DNA from: Pachysolen tannophilus NRRL Y-2460
Lineage: Eukaryota
DNA: 64,000 nt
Reading direction: 5' to 3'
Assembly: GCA_001661245.1 (NCBI GenBank)
Contig: KV454016.1
Location: 433,381 to 497,380 of the forward strand
The position numbers and the translations under genes were made by a program. This document shows positions 11,301 through 22,360 of the stretch, piece by piece. Under the pieces are notes generated by a model. It worked only from the letters and a program-made list of their open reading frames with translations. It was not told the origin of the DNA and made no database searches. How positions within the stretch are numbered: the stretch's first letter is position 1; every line of letters begins with the position of its first letter.

Positions 11301-11426
11301 GTTGGCGAAGATGAGGTTACAGTAAATGTATTGAGAAATGAAAACTTCAAGTGTCCGAGATGTTGGAAGTTCCAATCTTTAGAAGAAGATAGCTTATGCC
11401 ATAGGTGTAGTGAATTAGTAGAATAG
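8361..11426 (+). CDS. ISM1: Mitochondrial isoleucyl-tRNA synthetase
   Basis: HDGPPYANGNLHIGH, GWDCHGLPIE, WCISRQRSWGVPIP, EGSDQHRGWFQS, KMSKS and C-terminal CPRCW...CHRC zinc site; N-terminal presequence-like leader. Confidence 0.95.
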   Translation: MKLLCEGVNGVAKRLNFQLYVGKHYYSTKQKKNSVEDNDDLSHKYSLSLKLPSTEFPNRSSQELIQNKLIPQCSTNLYDWNSGKEVDSIKDLFILHDGPPYANGNLHIGHALNKILKDMVNRFQLINGKKIFYKPGWDCHGLPIELKALEKLNSSTKRKDLDPVKIRKLGKEHALQAVNLQSEDFKSWAIMGDFMNPYKTLDNTYVVTQLKMFKKMFDNGLIHRQKKPVYWGCENSTALAEGELEYNENHKSTAAYIKFQMVNFKLLDVDVEITGNTSALIWTSTPWTIVSNKAISINENLTYSILKSQQHGYLIVAEDLISNCLKFDGTIKDTKIRFLGKQLVGSTYSNPFTNEALPIISGSHVTNTAGTGLVHTAPGHGHDDYLVCLENGIKPYSPVDNYGRYTEKVPDSCRDLIKKKVLGEGNELMINKLQTLNMLFHLDRNYIHSYPYDWRSKKPIIIRSTPQWFINVEKIKKITTELLNSRVKFFPERGSKRLISFIKNRNEWCISRQRSWGVPIPVIYDKNTDEAILTDDLLDKIINVVEKDSPNKWFDPNSSIIEWLPESLQDKADHLVRGTDTMDVWFDSGTSWNIIEQYLVENNFIQDANLRGYLADIYLEGSDQHRGWFQSSILTKMATTKAASLPETDLHIESSSSTFDNIVLPYNKIITHGFTLDEKGNKMSKSLGNIISPDSIIYGDKKLKLPLIGVDGLRLWVAQSDYSNDVNVGSTILKRVGENLKKIRITLRFLLGNLNDFNGEEVSYENLSFLDKFTLSKLSNLSLLSKENFENFSYSKIIRELNNHMNVNLSSIYFDISKDCLYADGTSSHRRRSIQTVLVAIFKTYISILSPILPVLTQEAWNHAPDFITNGTLSPFMKNWYQLPLEFRDLTLEAEFENIIWPIKDQLKILVDKGSRIDKLIKNTLETKVYITTQNQNSNTLNVLNKHREHLADYFLTSKLCINDNVPKDKSDYNYESKFTVGEDEVTVNVLRNENFKCPRCWKFQSLEEDSLCHRCSELVE

Positions 11427-11674
11427 ACCAAGTAAAGGAAAACAATTCAACTTGTATATAGATAAAGATGTTACGAAGTGTACGTTTAAATTTATTGTAA
11501 ATATAGAATTTTTCATCTTTTAATAATGTATTTAATTTTTTTTATTATTTTTTTTTTTTTTTGCTTTTTGACTTTTAATCTTTTTAATTTAAACCTTCAT
11601 ATTTAATTGATAGTTAATTCAATGAATTTAAATCTAGAGGTTGGACTAAAGAAAGAAGCATATATCTTAAAATA

Positions 11675-12361
11675 ATGTTGTTGTTGATTTCCAGGAGATT
11701 GTCGGTTAATACTTTGTCGGTTGGAATTAGACCATTTTCGTCTGTGGGTATAGTATTGAAATCGACAGATCCGATCAATACTAAAAATACTATAAAGAAT
11801 AATGGAATCAATTCACAATCTGAACTGGTAACTGATAAACTGAAAGAAGAAAATGATAAACTTCTATTGAATAAATACTATCGCCGAACACCAAACTTTC
11901 TCAAGCCATATGTGAAAACTTTTATTCAAAATCCAATTGGTTCAGGTGTTTCTTTTGTGATTCTTCATGAAATCACAGCAATTGTTCCATTTATATCACT
12001 TTGGTGGCTATTCATACACTATGACTATGTCCCGTTTGAATTACCTCAAGAATTTGTGCAGAAAGGTTTGGAAGTTGTGAGCAAGACTGTGATGGAAATC
12101 TCGGATGAAAAATTACACAATGTCTACGATAAGTCTAAACTAATTATGGCCGGAGCTAACGCCTACGCTGCCACCAAGATGGTACTACCATTGAGAATCC
12201 CACTATCAGTACTATTAACACCATACATGGAGAACTACATTGTTGGACCAATAGGAAACTTATTCAAAAAAAACAAGAACAAAAAAACTCCAGTAGATGA
12301 AGAATTGACGCATTTGCCAGCAGTCAAGAAGAAGAAATTGGACCACAAGAAATTATTGTAA
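11675..12361 (+). CDS. MRX11: Mitochondrial FLILHELTA-family protein (Mrx11-like)
   Basis: SFVILHEITAIVP motif and AYAATKMVLPLRIPLSVLLTP; lies between ISM1 and SSN3 like YPL041C. Confidence 0.8.
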   Translation: MLLLISRRLSVNTLSVGIRPFSSVGIVLKSTDPINTKNTIKNNGINSQSELVTDKLKEENDKLLLNKYYRRTPNFLKPYVKTFIQNPIGSGVSFVILHEITAIVPFISLWWLFIHYDYVPFELPQEFVQKGLEVVSKTVMEISDEKLHNVYDKSKLIMAGANAYAATKMVLPLRIPLSVLLTPYMENYIVGPIGNLFKKNKNKKTPVDEELTHLPAVKKKKLDHKKLL

Positions 12362-12692
12362 AGAAACTTGTCATATCCATATCCATATCTTTGGAAGTCG
12401 ATTACTTAGATCATATATATATCTACTTATCTATCTATCTATTTATTTATTTATTTATTTGTTTCTTTATTGTAGGTGATGATTGTGTTTGTAGTAATGA
12501 ATGAATCAATTTTTGTAAACCATAGAAAAAAAGACTAAAAAATTTAAAAAAAAGAAAAAGTGAATACGAAATTCAAATCAATTTGATATATTTATAATCA
12601 AATCTATTGGAATCCATACGAATACTTGGTATTAGTTGAGCATTCTCTCTTGTGAGAAATTTGTTTATTGGGATCTCTTTTTGTGATTGATC

Positions 12693-14021
12693 ATGTCAAA
12701 TTTACAAAAACAAGCTCAATTGCAGCAACAATACAGGTCTCAACATACTCTTATGGCAGGATCCAATTTTTTCACAATAGACCCATACAAGACAAGAAGA
12801 GATTCTACAAGGATAAGTGTTACTCAGAAATATGATATCTTAGGTTATATAGCTGCGGGAACGTATGGTAAGGTGTATAAGGCGAAGACCAAGAATAAGT
12901 CGCCGACTCAACAGCAACACCTTTTCGCCATCAAGAAATTCAAATCAGATTCAAAAGATAACGAAGTGATCCATTATACTGGTATATCTCAGAGTGCTAT
13001 TCGAGAGATATCTCTTTGTAGAGAGTTGAATAATAGAAATATAACAAAGTTGTCAGAAATCATTTTGGAAAGGAAATGTATTTATATGGTATTTGAATTT
13101 GCAGAGCATGATTTATTACAAATCATTCATTTCCATTCTCACCCAAATTTAAAACCAATACCAGAACAAACATTAAAATCAATAATGTTTCAAATCTTGA
13201 ATGGGGTGAACTATTTACATCAAAATTGGGTTTTACATCGTGATTTAAAACCTGCTAATATAATGGTTACAGCAGAAGGTGTTGTTAAAATTGGTGATTT
13301 AGGATTAGCTAGAAGGTTTAATAATCCTTTACAATCTTTATATGCAGGAGATAAAGTTGTGGTTACAATCTGGTATAGAGCTCCAGAATTACTCTTGGGA
13401 GCAAGACATTACACACCTCTGATTGATCTTTGGTCTATTGGATGTATCTTAGCAGAATTACTTTCATTAAGACCAATGTTTAAAGGAGAAGAGGCAAAAA
13501 TTGATAATAAAAAACAAGTACCATTTCAAGAAAATCAAATGCTTAAGATCTTGGAAATTTTAGGAACTCCATCATTATCAAAATGGACTAATTTAGCAGA
13601 TTATCCAGAATATTCTAATTTAGTTTCTAGATTTTCAAAATTTCCAAATAACCTTCAACTGTGGTACCATTCAATAGGTGGAAATAATAAAAATTGTTTT
13701 AAATTATTAGGATCATTGTTAGAATATGATCCATCGAAAAGAGTCAATGCATTTGATGCAATGGATCATCAATGGTTTAAAGAATTACCAAGGTATTGTG
13801 AAAATATTTTTGAAGGTTCAAAATTCACATATCCAGTAAGAAAGATACAAAAAGATGATAATGATATATTAACTGGGAACGTTATAAGTAATATTAATAA
13901 TAGTGTAGGAAATAATGGTACGACTGGAAATAATACTGGAAGCAATAATAATAATACCAAAAGAGGTTACAATAATAATCTTGGGAAGGAAGATTTAAGA
14001 TCAAGAAAGAAACAAAGATGA
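12693..14021 (+). CDS. SSN3: Cyclin-dependent kinase CDK8 of the Mediator kinase module
   Basis: [67 protein letters not shown]; first ATG at 12693. Confidence 0.95.
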   Translation: MSNLQKQAQLQQQYRSQHTLMAGSNFFTIDPYKTRRDSTRISVTQKYDILGYIAAGTYGKVYKAKTKNKSPTQQQHLFAIKKFKSDSKDNEVIHYTGISQSAIREISLCRELNNRNITKLSEIILERKCIYMVFEFAEHDLLQIIHFHSHPNLKPIPEQTLKSIMFQILNGVNYLHQNWVLHRDLKPANIMVTAEGVVKIGDLGLARRFNNPLQSLYAGDKVVVTIWYRAPELLLGARHYTPLIDLWSIGCILAELLSLRPMFKGEEAKIDNKKQVPFQENQMLKILEILGTPSLSKWTNLADYPEYSNLVSRFSKFPNNLQLWYHSIGGNNKNCFKLLGSLLEYDPSKRVNAFDAMDHQWFKELPRYCENIFEGSKFTYPVRKIQKDDNDILTGNVISNINNSVGNNGTTGNNTGSNNNNTKRGYNNNLGKEDLRSRKKQR

Positions 14022-14239
14022 ATAAATGGAATGATTTGTATATGTATATATTTATCATAAAATAATATTAGCAATTTTTTATTTGAATAGCAAAAAGTAA
14101 ATCCACAAATTTTAGGAATTAAAATAAAAGACAATTCTCTATTAATCCATCTTTCTTTCTTTTTTTTTGTTTTGTTTGAAATAAGAAAAGATAAAGGAAG
14201 ACTTTGAGTAAAAAAAAAAAAAAATTTTTTTTTTTATAA

Positions 14240-15460
<1,221 letters not shown>

Positions 15461-15619
15461 CTAATAATAGTTAAATATGAAAAGCCAAAACGTAAAAGAA
15501 AAAAAAAAGGATATAAAACCTTTAACACAATTCTTCAAACCACAATCAATGAATCAATATATATATATATATATTACTAATTAAAAGAATGGTTTGTCCT
15601 TTGTTGTACACTTCTCCTC

Positions 15620-15658
15620 TCGTTTAAATCTTTTTTTCTTTTTTTTCCTGTTCGTTTA
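15620..15658 (+). promoter_or_regulatory. Two sterol-regulatory-element-like sites (Upc2/Ecm22) in the ERG10 promoter
   Basis: TCGTTTA at 15620-15626 and 15652-15658, 190-230 bp upstream of the ERG10 ATG. Confidence 0.5.
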
Positions 15659-15957
15659 CAAAAGCGAAAAAACGAAAAATTTTTGTTGAGAAAAATCAAA
15701 CAGTCGTTCGCGGAATATCAACTACAGCGGTGGGGGGAGTAAATAGGCGGCGGATGCTGGGCGGCGGCGGTAAGCGTAAGGAAAGGCGGTAGCTGGGTGC
15801 TAACGACGGGGGGGGGGGGGGAAGGGCAATTGGGCGGAAAGAGGCGGAAAGAGGCCGCGGAGAGCAGGAACCTTTGCTCGGTGGAACTGGTGGAAATGGT
15901 GGAAATGGTGGAAATGGAGCAACAAGAGCGCTGAGAGTATCAGTGTTAGCAGGAGTG

Positions 15958-16569
15958 TTAGCATGAGGCGGACAGTGTTGGAATTTGGAAGGCTGGGTTT
16001 AAGTTAAATTTTTCTTTTAGTTTCGATAAAGCTTCCTGGAGTACTTGATCAGGGGTTTTGTTTTCCACGTATAATGCTATACCATTTTCTGTAATTGGGT
16101 CGACAAGTTCCATAATATCGTACTGTGATTTTACCATGTCTTGTTTCATGTAATGACCCTTTCTCGCCGTGACACGCTTAACCAAGGACTCATAATCGGT
16201 ATATAGAAACAAAAAGATGAATTCGATATTATAACCTTGACCGCTATTAAAATTATGTTTATATGTATCAATGATCAATTCTCTATATTGACGTTTTAAC
16301 ATTGAGCATGTAACGATAGAAATTTTATTTTTGGAAGTTAAAGCCTCCTCACAACTTTTCTTTGATACTTCTTTCAACCAAGGAAACCTGTCTTGGTCAG
16401 TCAATGGGATATTATGTGCCATCTTATCTATATTTTCTTTACTATGTAATGAATCACCTTCTATGAATGGACTTTGAAATTTTGAAGCAAGTTGTGTCCC
16501 CACTGTGGTTTTACCACACCCAGCAGGACCACCAACTACTATGACAATATATTTATCTGAAGAATTCAT
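15958..16569 (-). CDS. Gluconokinase (GntK/IdnK family; YDR248C-like)
   Basis: VVGGPAGCGKTTVG, FIEGDSLHSKENIDKMAHNIPLTDQDRFPWL, CSMLKRQYRELI, RKGHYMKQDMVKSQY. Confidence 0.92.
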   Translation of the reverse strand: MNSSDKYIVIVVGGPAGCGKTTVGTQLASKFQSPFIEGDSLHSKENIDKMAHNIPLTDQDRFPWLKEVSKKSCEEALTSKNKISIVTCSMLKRQYRELIIDTYKHNFNSGQGYNIEFIFLFLYTDYESLVKRVTARKGHYMKQDMVKSQYDIMELVDPITENGIALYVENKTPDQVLQEALSKLKEKFNLNPAFQIPTLSASC

Positions 16570-16791
16570 TATTCTTATTCGCAGTTTATCTCTCTCTAAA
16601 TCAAGTCCATCCAGAAAACTATCTAAAAATTCTTTTACTTCTTATTAAATAAAAGTATTTACAATTGTAGATTTTCTATTCGCATTATATACATGTATAT
16701 ATTCCTAAAAAAACAAAACAAAACAAAACAAAATAAAATGAAATAAAAAGGTAAAACCAAAATTATCAACTATATATATATATATAGTTAT

Positions 16792-19152
16792 CTATGCAAA
16801 TGAAAACTTGTTTCTTCTAATCTTGTCGCTTCTCAATTCCTCCAATTCTTTGGTGATTCTGTCTTCAACCAATTCTTTAACTTTTAAAGCACTTTCCAAG
16901 TCAATAAAGTTTTTAGGGTACCTGTAACTCATCCATAAAAATAGCATTATTTCTTTGTGCAAAGTTTCCAATTTTTTTAATGTCTCTACACTTTCAGCGT
17001 ACTGAGAGTTGGCGCTATCGTAGTTTAAGCTGGAAGCTGCAGAAGAAGAAATAGAGGAGTCCTTGCGGTACAAGTTGAATAGTAGTTTGAAATCAATGAT
17101 TGATTTTGGTTCTCTATTGATGATTGTTTTTATGAAATCAGTCGTTGTATAGTCTGCATTTAAACTCAACTGATAGTTTATATCATTTTTGGTTTTAAAT
17201 CTTGTGGGATCATTATTGCTAAAGAAGAAAGGTGCTTTGATCAATCTAAATTGATCAAATATTAAAAAATTGCCATTTTTAAGTTCATTCCCATTGAAAA
17301 ACCTTGAAACTTGTTTAACTTCATCTAATGAACTAATGAAAAATAATGAGGAATCGTTAGAACCTCCTTCTAAAGCTTTCAGTTTTTGCTTGTATTTCAA
17401 TTCTTTTAAATCCATCTCAAATCGATCATAAATGTTAAATAATTTGGTTTCTTTTGAAAACATTGAAAAATATTTAACCCACAAGAAATCTGGAATCCAT
17501 AAACACAGTTGAGGAATATATTGAATTGGAGAATCAATTTTATCTCGAACAATTTCTAAAACATCTCCATCAATAGAAGTTATATAACCAGTTGATGTAT
17601 CTGAACTATTCTTACCAAAACCAAACCTACCAGCTCTACCACCAATTTGTTTAACAGATGAATCACTCAATTGAATTCTACTCTTACCATCAAATTTTTG
17701 CATTGTGGTGAATATAATTCTTCTAATTTTCAAATTAAGACCCATTCCAACTGCATCACTAGCTATCAAGAGATCATATTCTCCACTATTAAATTTCAAT
17801 GCTTCTTGAGCCCTCGTTTCTGGTGGTAATGCTCCATAAATAACACCACATTTGAAATTTGTCTTTTGCTCTATAAAAGCTTTGATATCCAATATTTTTT
17901 TCTTTGAAAATGATACAATACAATCACCTTTACGGAAATCAGTTAAATTTATTATTGGTGTATCACATACTTCCAATTTACCTAATCTATTATATTCATT
18001 GATTTCTAAATTATCACCAGTTAGTTGAACAATTTTTTTAATTAAAGGAACAGATGATAATTCACCACATAAATGTATTTCTTTTGCCCTTGCACCCAAT
18101 ACTACATTTGTCCAAGCCCATCCTCTATATTCATCACTAATCATTTGAATTTCATCTAGTACAATAACATCATATTCTTCATTCAACGAAACCATTTCCA
18201 CTGTACCACTTGTAATTCCTGAAATATTACCAAAATCATCAATATCAGGAATAACTTCTTCTCCAGTAAGTAAATTACAACGTATACCTTTTGATCTAAT
18301 TTTATCAAATACTTCTCTAGCTAAGAGTCTTAAAGGACCAGCATAATATCCTTTATTACAATTTTCGAGTTTTTGTAATGCATTATAAGTTTTCCCACTA
18401 TTTGTTGGACCAACATGCATTATAAAATTTCTTTTCAATTTTCTTGCATTGGGGAACCATTCTACTGGATTTGTTATATCAACTATCTTGAAAGTTGTAT
18501 TTGAAGTCGATTTTACATGATTAAACTGTTTGATATTATCTAAAGACCTAAGAGGTTTTAAATTATTATAAAAAATTTGTTCAAGAATATAATTGAATTT
18601 TTCTTGAATAAGCATAGAAGATTCATTAATTTTTAATCCACTAAGATTAGGTGGATCAATTGGTAAAAGTGTCACATCTTTTGAAGTTATCAAGCCATAA
18701 ATTATTGAGCTAAAATTTTCATCATTAGGATTAATATAATCTTCAAATTTCAGGGATTTAGAAACAACAGATATTTCAGCATTTTTCAATTTCGAAATCA
18801 ATTTTTTTTGTAAATTTTTCAAAATCTTTAACAACTCATATTCATTATTAATGAAAAAATCATTATTATTAGTACATAAATTCCTCAATAATTTGAATTG
18901 AAACTTGAACTTATCAGCATTATTATTATACTTGATCTTGGCTAATAAATTATTTATACCTGTAGAAAAAATATTTTTCAAATCAGTATGTTTCTCAAAC
19001 AAGTTAACAATAGAAGCATCATCATGGCGATGATGTTGATAAGTAGAAATATGGTCCTTAACATGATGAACACTCCGAAACTGAACCCCTATCACTTTTA
19101 ACCTCCTCAATGATCCATTTCGCCCCAACAGAAATGTGCATCTTTTAAACAT
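16792..19152 (-). CDS. SUV3: Mitochondrial ATP-dependent RNA helicase
   Basis: MHVGPTNSGKTY, YYAGPLRLLAREV, LDEIQM, RGWAWT, YGALPPETR, ASDAVGMGLNL, QIGGRAGRF. Confidence 0.93.
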   Translation of the reverse strand: MFKRCTFLLGRNGSLRRLKVIGVQFRSVHHVKDHISTYQHHRHDDASIVNLFEKHTDLKNIFSTGINNLLAKIKYNNNADKFKFQFKLLRNLCTNNNDFFINNEYELLKILKNLQKKLISKLKNAEISVVSKSLKFEDYINPNDENFSSIIYGLITSKDVTLLPIDPPNLSGLKINESSMLIQEKFNYILEQIFYNNLKPLRSLDNIKQFNHVKSTSNTTFKIVDITNPVEWFPNARKLKRNFIMHVGPTNSGKTYNALQKLENCNKGYYAGPLRLLAREVFDKIRSKGIRCNLLTGEEVIPDIDDFGNISGITSGTVEMVSLNEEYDVIVLDEIQMISDEYRGWAWTNVVLGARAKEIHLCGELSSVPLIKKIVQLTGDNLEINEYNRLGKLEVCDTPIINLTDFRKGDCIVSFSKKKILDIKAFIEQKTNFKCGVIYGALPPETRAQEALKFNSGEYDLLIASDAVGMGLNLKIRRIIFTTMQKFDGKSRIQLSDSSVKQIGGRAGRFGFGKNSSDTSTGYITSIDGDVLEIVRDKIDSPIQYIPQLCLWIPDFLWVKYFSMFSKETKLFNIYDRFEMDLKELKYKQKLKALEGGSNDSSLFFISSLDEVKQVSRFFNGNELKNGNFLIFDQFRLIKAPFFFSNNDPTRFKTKNDINYQLSLNADYTTTDFIKTIINREPKSIIDFKLLFNLYRKDSSISSSAASSLNYDSANSQYAESVETLKKLETLHKEIMLFLWMSYRYPKNFIDLESALKVKELVEDRITKELEELRSDKIRRNKFSFA

Positions 19153-19671
19153 CCTCTCACCTCGTAGTCAAACTGTCAAAACCAAAACCACACAAGGGGG
19201 AGGAACCACTACACTAAACTAACCTAACTAACTAACTGACTGACTGACTGATTATTTCTAACCTACCTATGCTCTCTAGGTTGAAAAAGTTTTTAAAAAG
19301 TTTGAACTTTCTAACTATCATCATCGCTTCCACTAAAGTTTAGTACCGCTGAAAAATTCAAACGCTTCTGACCTTTTTAGTGCGTACTTATATTGCGCAT
19401 GAAAGCACACATTACAAACCTTGTGCGTATCCCAAATGCGGTATTAAACCTTCTATTGTTTTTTTTTGATTTTTTTCTTTTTTGAATTTGCATTTGCCCT
19501 TTTTCACGGTATTAATGATTTAAACCTGCCCTTGAAAAGCGAATGAGCACTTTTTTTTTTTTTTTTTTCAGCGATTCCTTTCCTAGGGGAAAAGTTGAGT
19601 TGAAATATATAAATTAAATCAATCATATATATGTACTGGTTGGAACTGCTTTAGATTTGAAGCAACATAAG

Positions 19672-20980
19672 ATGTCGGACGTAGAGGTAATTGGAAAAGG
19701 GGCACAACTGTCGAATCATGGGGTTATTAAGATAGGTACTAGAAAATCTGCTTTGGCAGTGGTACAAGCTGAGTCTGTTGCTGCTGAAATACAAACAAAG
19801 TTTCCTGGTTTAAGTACAAAGATTACAGCGTTATCAACTTTGGGTGATCAAATGCAACATAAACCTTTGTATTCCTTTGGTGGGAAGTCATTGTGGACAA
19901 AGGAGTTGGAAATATTACTTTTAGAAAGTGTTGGAGAGCATGATAAAATTGATTTGATTGTTCATTGTTTAAAAGATATGCCAACAAGTTTACCTGATGA
20001 ATTTGAATTGGGTTGTATTTTGGAAAGAGAAGGTATGTGTAAATTGAGATTCTTTTCTTTTGAAATAATTTTTTTTGAAATAATTTTTTTCTTGCTTTAT
20101 TCTTCATGATGATTTAAAAGATTTTTTCAGACGTTAGACTTCCTAATTTATATTGAGGATGAATCTTTATTCTGATCTTATATATTGCAAAGAAGAAAAT
20201 GAGGTTTTTTTTTTTTTTTTTTTTTTTTTTCTTTGAACAATTGATACTAACAAGAATTTTTTTTTTTTTATCTTTTACTTAGATCCAAGAGATGCATTGG
20301 TTATGAAAGCTGGTTCGAGTTACAAGTGTTTAGGCGATTTACCGGATGGTTCTGTAGTAGGTACCTCATCAGTTCGTCGTTCAGCACAATTATTAAAAAA
20401 TTATCCACGTTTACGTTTTAAATCTGTTAGAGGAAATATTCAAACAAGAATTTCTAAATTAGATGATCCAGATGCAGATTTTTCATGTTTATTACTTGCA
20501 GCTGCTGGATTAATAAGAATGAACTTACACAATAGAATTACACAATATCTAGACGAAGACAATATGCATTATGCTGTTGGACAAGGTGCATTAGCACTCG
20601 AAATTCGTAAAGGTGATGAATATATCCGTCAAATATGTTCCAAATTGAGACATGATGCAACAACATATTGTGGTCTTGCAGAACGTTCATTATTAAGATT
20701 TTTAGAAGGTGGATGTTCCCTCCCCATTGGATGTATTACTAATTACGATGAAAACAGTAAAATCTTACGCATGAAGGCAATGGTAGTTAGTTGTGATGGA
20801 ACTGAATCTGTAGAACAAAATTATAGTGCAAAAGTTGAAACTGATGATGATGCTGAAAAATTTGGTATTGCTATTGCTCAATTTTTGTTGGACAATGGTG
20901 CAAAGAAAATATTGGATGATATTAACTACGACAAGATTGAGGAAATAAAACAAGCTGGAATCACCAAGGGCACAAATTAA
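19672..20980 (+). CDS. HEM3: Porphobilinogen deaminase; two exons, join(19672..20032,20283..20980)
   Basis: IKIGTRKSALAVVQ, GGKSLWTKELE, VHCLKDMPT; splicing gives ILERE-DPRDALVMK; GTSSVRRSAQL, LEGGCSLPIG. Confidence 0.95.
20033..20282 (+). other. Spliceosomal intron of HEM3 (250 nt)
   Basis: GTATGT at 20033, TACTAAC 20245-20251, TAG 20280-20282; removal restores the reading frame. Confidence 0.93.
20102..20179 (+). ncRNA. Intronic box C/D snoRNA, snR58-like (predicted guide for 25S rRNA Cm663, S. cerevisiae numbering)
   Basis: Box C ATGATGA 20106-20112; guide AGACGTTAGACT 20129-20140 is complementary to 25S AGUCUAACGUCU; D'-like CCTA 20142-20145; C'-like TGAGGA 20154-20159; box D CTGA 20172-20175. 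Confidence 0.75.
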
Positions 20981-21194
20981 TAAACTAGATATTCCAAGTG
21001 TATAGATATGAGATTATTCGCATAATATTATTATTGAAACTGATGATGACTTTTAAATGGTTTTATATGGTAGTAGTAGTTAATTAAATGACAAAAAATT
21101 TTCTTAATAAAAATACAGGTAGTATTATTTTACATGTAATTTTATTTTAAAAATATCATCTATTTGTAATATAATAATATAAATTTTGAAAGAG

Positions 21195-22286
21195 ATGACT
21201 GAGGCTATAGAAGAGCATCAAGTGGCAACTGTGCTGAAGACAAATGGAAATGGTGAAAGTGGTGGGAAAAACTTGTCAGTTTTGAAGAAGAAACATAAAC
21301 TTAAACCAGCAAGAGTTCAAGTAGACCCAGATTCTATAAATGATGATTCAAAACCACCACAGACAGGAACTGTTTTCAATATATGGTACCTGAAATGGTC
21401 TGGTGGGGACTCGAATAATAACCATCAACAGGTTCATTCACGTACACGTTGTAATATCAAGTTAGATTCCGGGTATACGAAAGCTGATAAACATCGTTTA
21501 AAAGAACCAATTTTTTGCTTATATTTTGCTAGAGGTTCATGTTGTATGGGTAAAAATTGTGAATACCTCCATAGACTTCCAACAGATGATGATTTGGTAT
21601 CTCAGACACATGACTGTTTTGGAAGAGAAAAATTTTCTGATTATAGGGATGATATGGGAGGAATAGGAAATTTCAATCGTATAAACAGAACTCTTTATAT
21701 TGGGAGAATTAATAATATGAGTGATCCAAACGTTGAATTGAAAATTAGTGAGAATTTTAAACAGTTTGGTGATATTGAGAAGATAAGAGTTATACATGAA
21801 AAGAATATTGCATTTGTTAGATACAAAAATGAATTAAATGCCCAATTTGCTAAAGAAGCAATGGCTCATCAATCATTAGATAGAGGAAATGAAAAGGAAT
21901 GTTTGAATGTTAGATGGGCCAATGAAGATCCTGATCCAGAACTGCAAAGAAGAGAGAAAAGGAAAAGAGAAGAAGATGCATTGAACACTGTTAAAAGATT
22001 GTTACTGAAGATAGAAGAAGATGATGAGAAATTAGCGGCAAAGAGAAATAAAAGAAACAATACTGTTATTATTGAAGAACCAGAAGAAATAGAAAAAAAT
22101 GAAGTACGAGAAACAAAATTATTGAAAGAATCGTCTGAGAAATCTAGTTTATTTACACACTCTTCTTTGGATATTTTGAAAAAAATGAATGTTGGTAGAA
22201 AGAATATAAATAATGTAAGTGATAATAATGATAAAAAAATTAAGAATTTGGTTAGCGGATATGGCAGTGATAGTGAGGAAGAATAA
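21195..22286 (+). CDS. CWC2: Pre-mRNA splicing factor Cwc2 (CCCH finger + RRM)
   Basis: KPARVQV, PPQTGTVFNIWY, FCLYFARGSCCMGKNCEYLHRLP, DCFGREKFSDYRDDMGGIG, AQFAKEAMAHQSL, LNVRWANEDPDP. Confidence 0.93.
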   Translation: MTEAIEEHQVATVLKTNGNGESGGKNLSVLKKKHKLKPARVQVDPDSINDDSKPPQTGTVFNIWYLKWSGGDSNNNHQQVHSRTRCNIKLDSGYTKADKHRLKEPIFCLYFARGSCCMGKNCEYLHRLPTDDDLVSQTHDCFGREKFSDYRDDMGGIGNFNRINRTLYIGRINNMSDPNVELKISENFKQFGDIEKIRVIHEKNIAFVRYKNELNAQFAKEAMAHQSLDRGNEKECLNVRWANEDPDPELQRREKRKREEDALNTVKRLLLKIEEDDEKLAAKRNKRNNTVIIEEPEEIEKNEVRETKLLKESSEKSSLFTHSSLDILKKMNVGRKNINNVSDNNDKKIKNLVSGYGSDSEEE

Positions 22287-22360
22287 ATAACATAAATACA
22301 TGTATTATTATTATTATTATTATCAAATCTATTTGAAATTATATAATATAATTTTAATTT

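Noticed and set aside
15958..16790. Possible third inversion flipping the gluconokinase gene
   Set aside because: The ORF is intact with a plausible 5' leader and no broken junction or displaced fragment could be identified.
19657..20980. HEM3 as a split or frameshifted gene
   Set aside because: A canonical intron (20033-20282) restores the frame.
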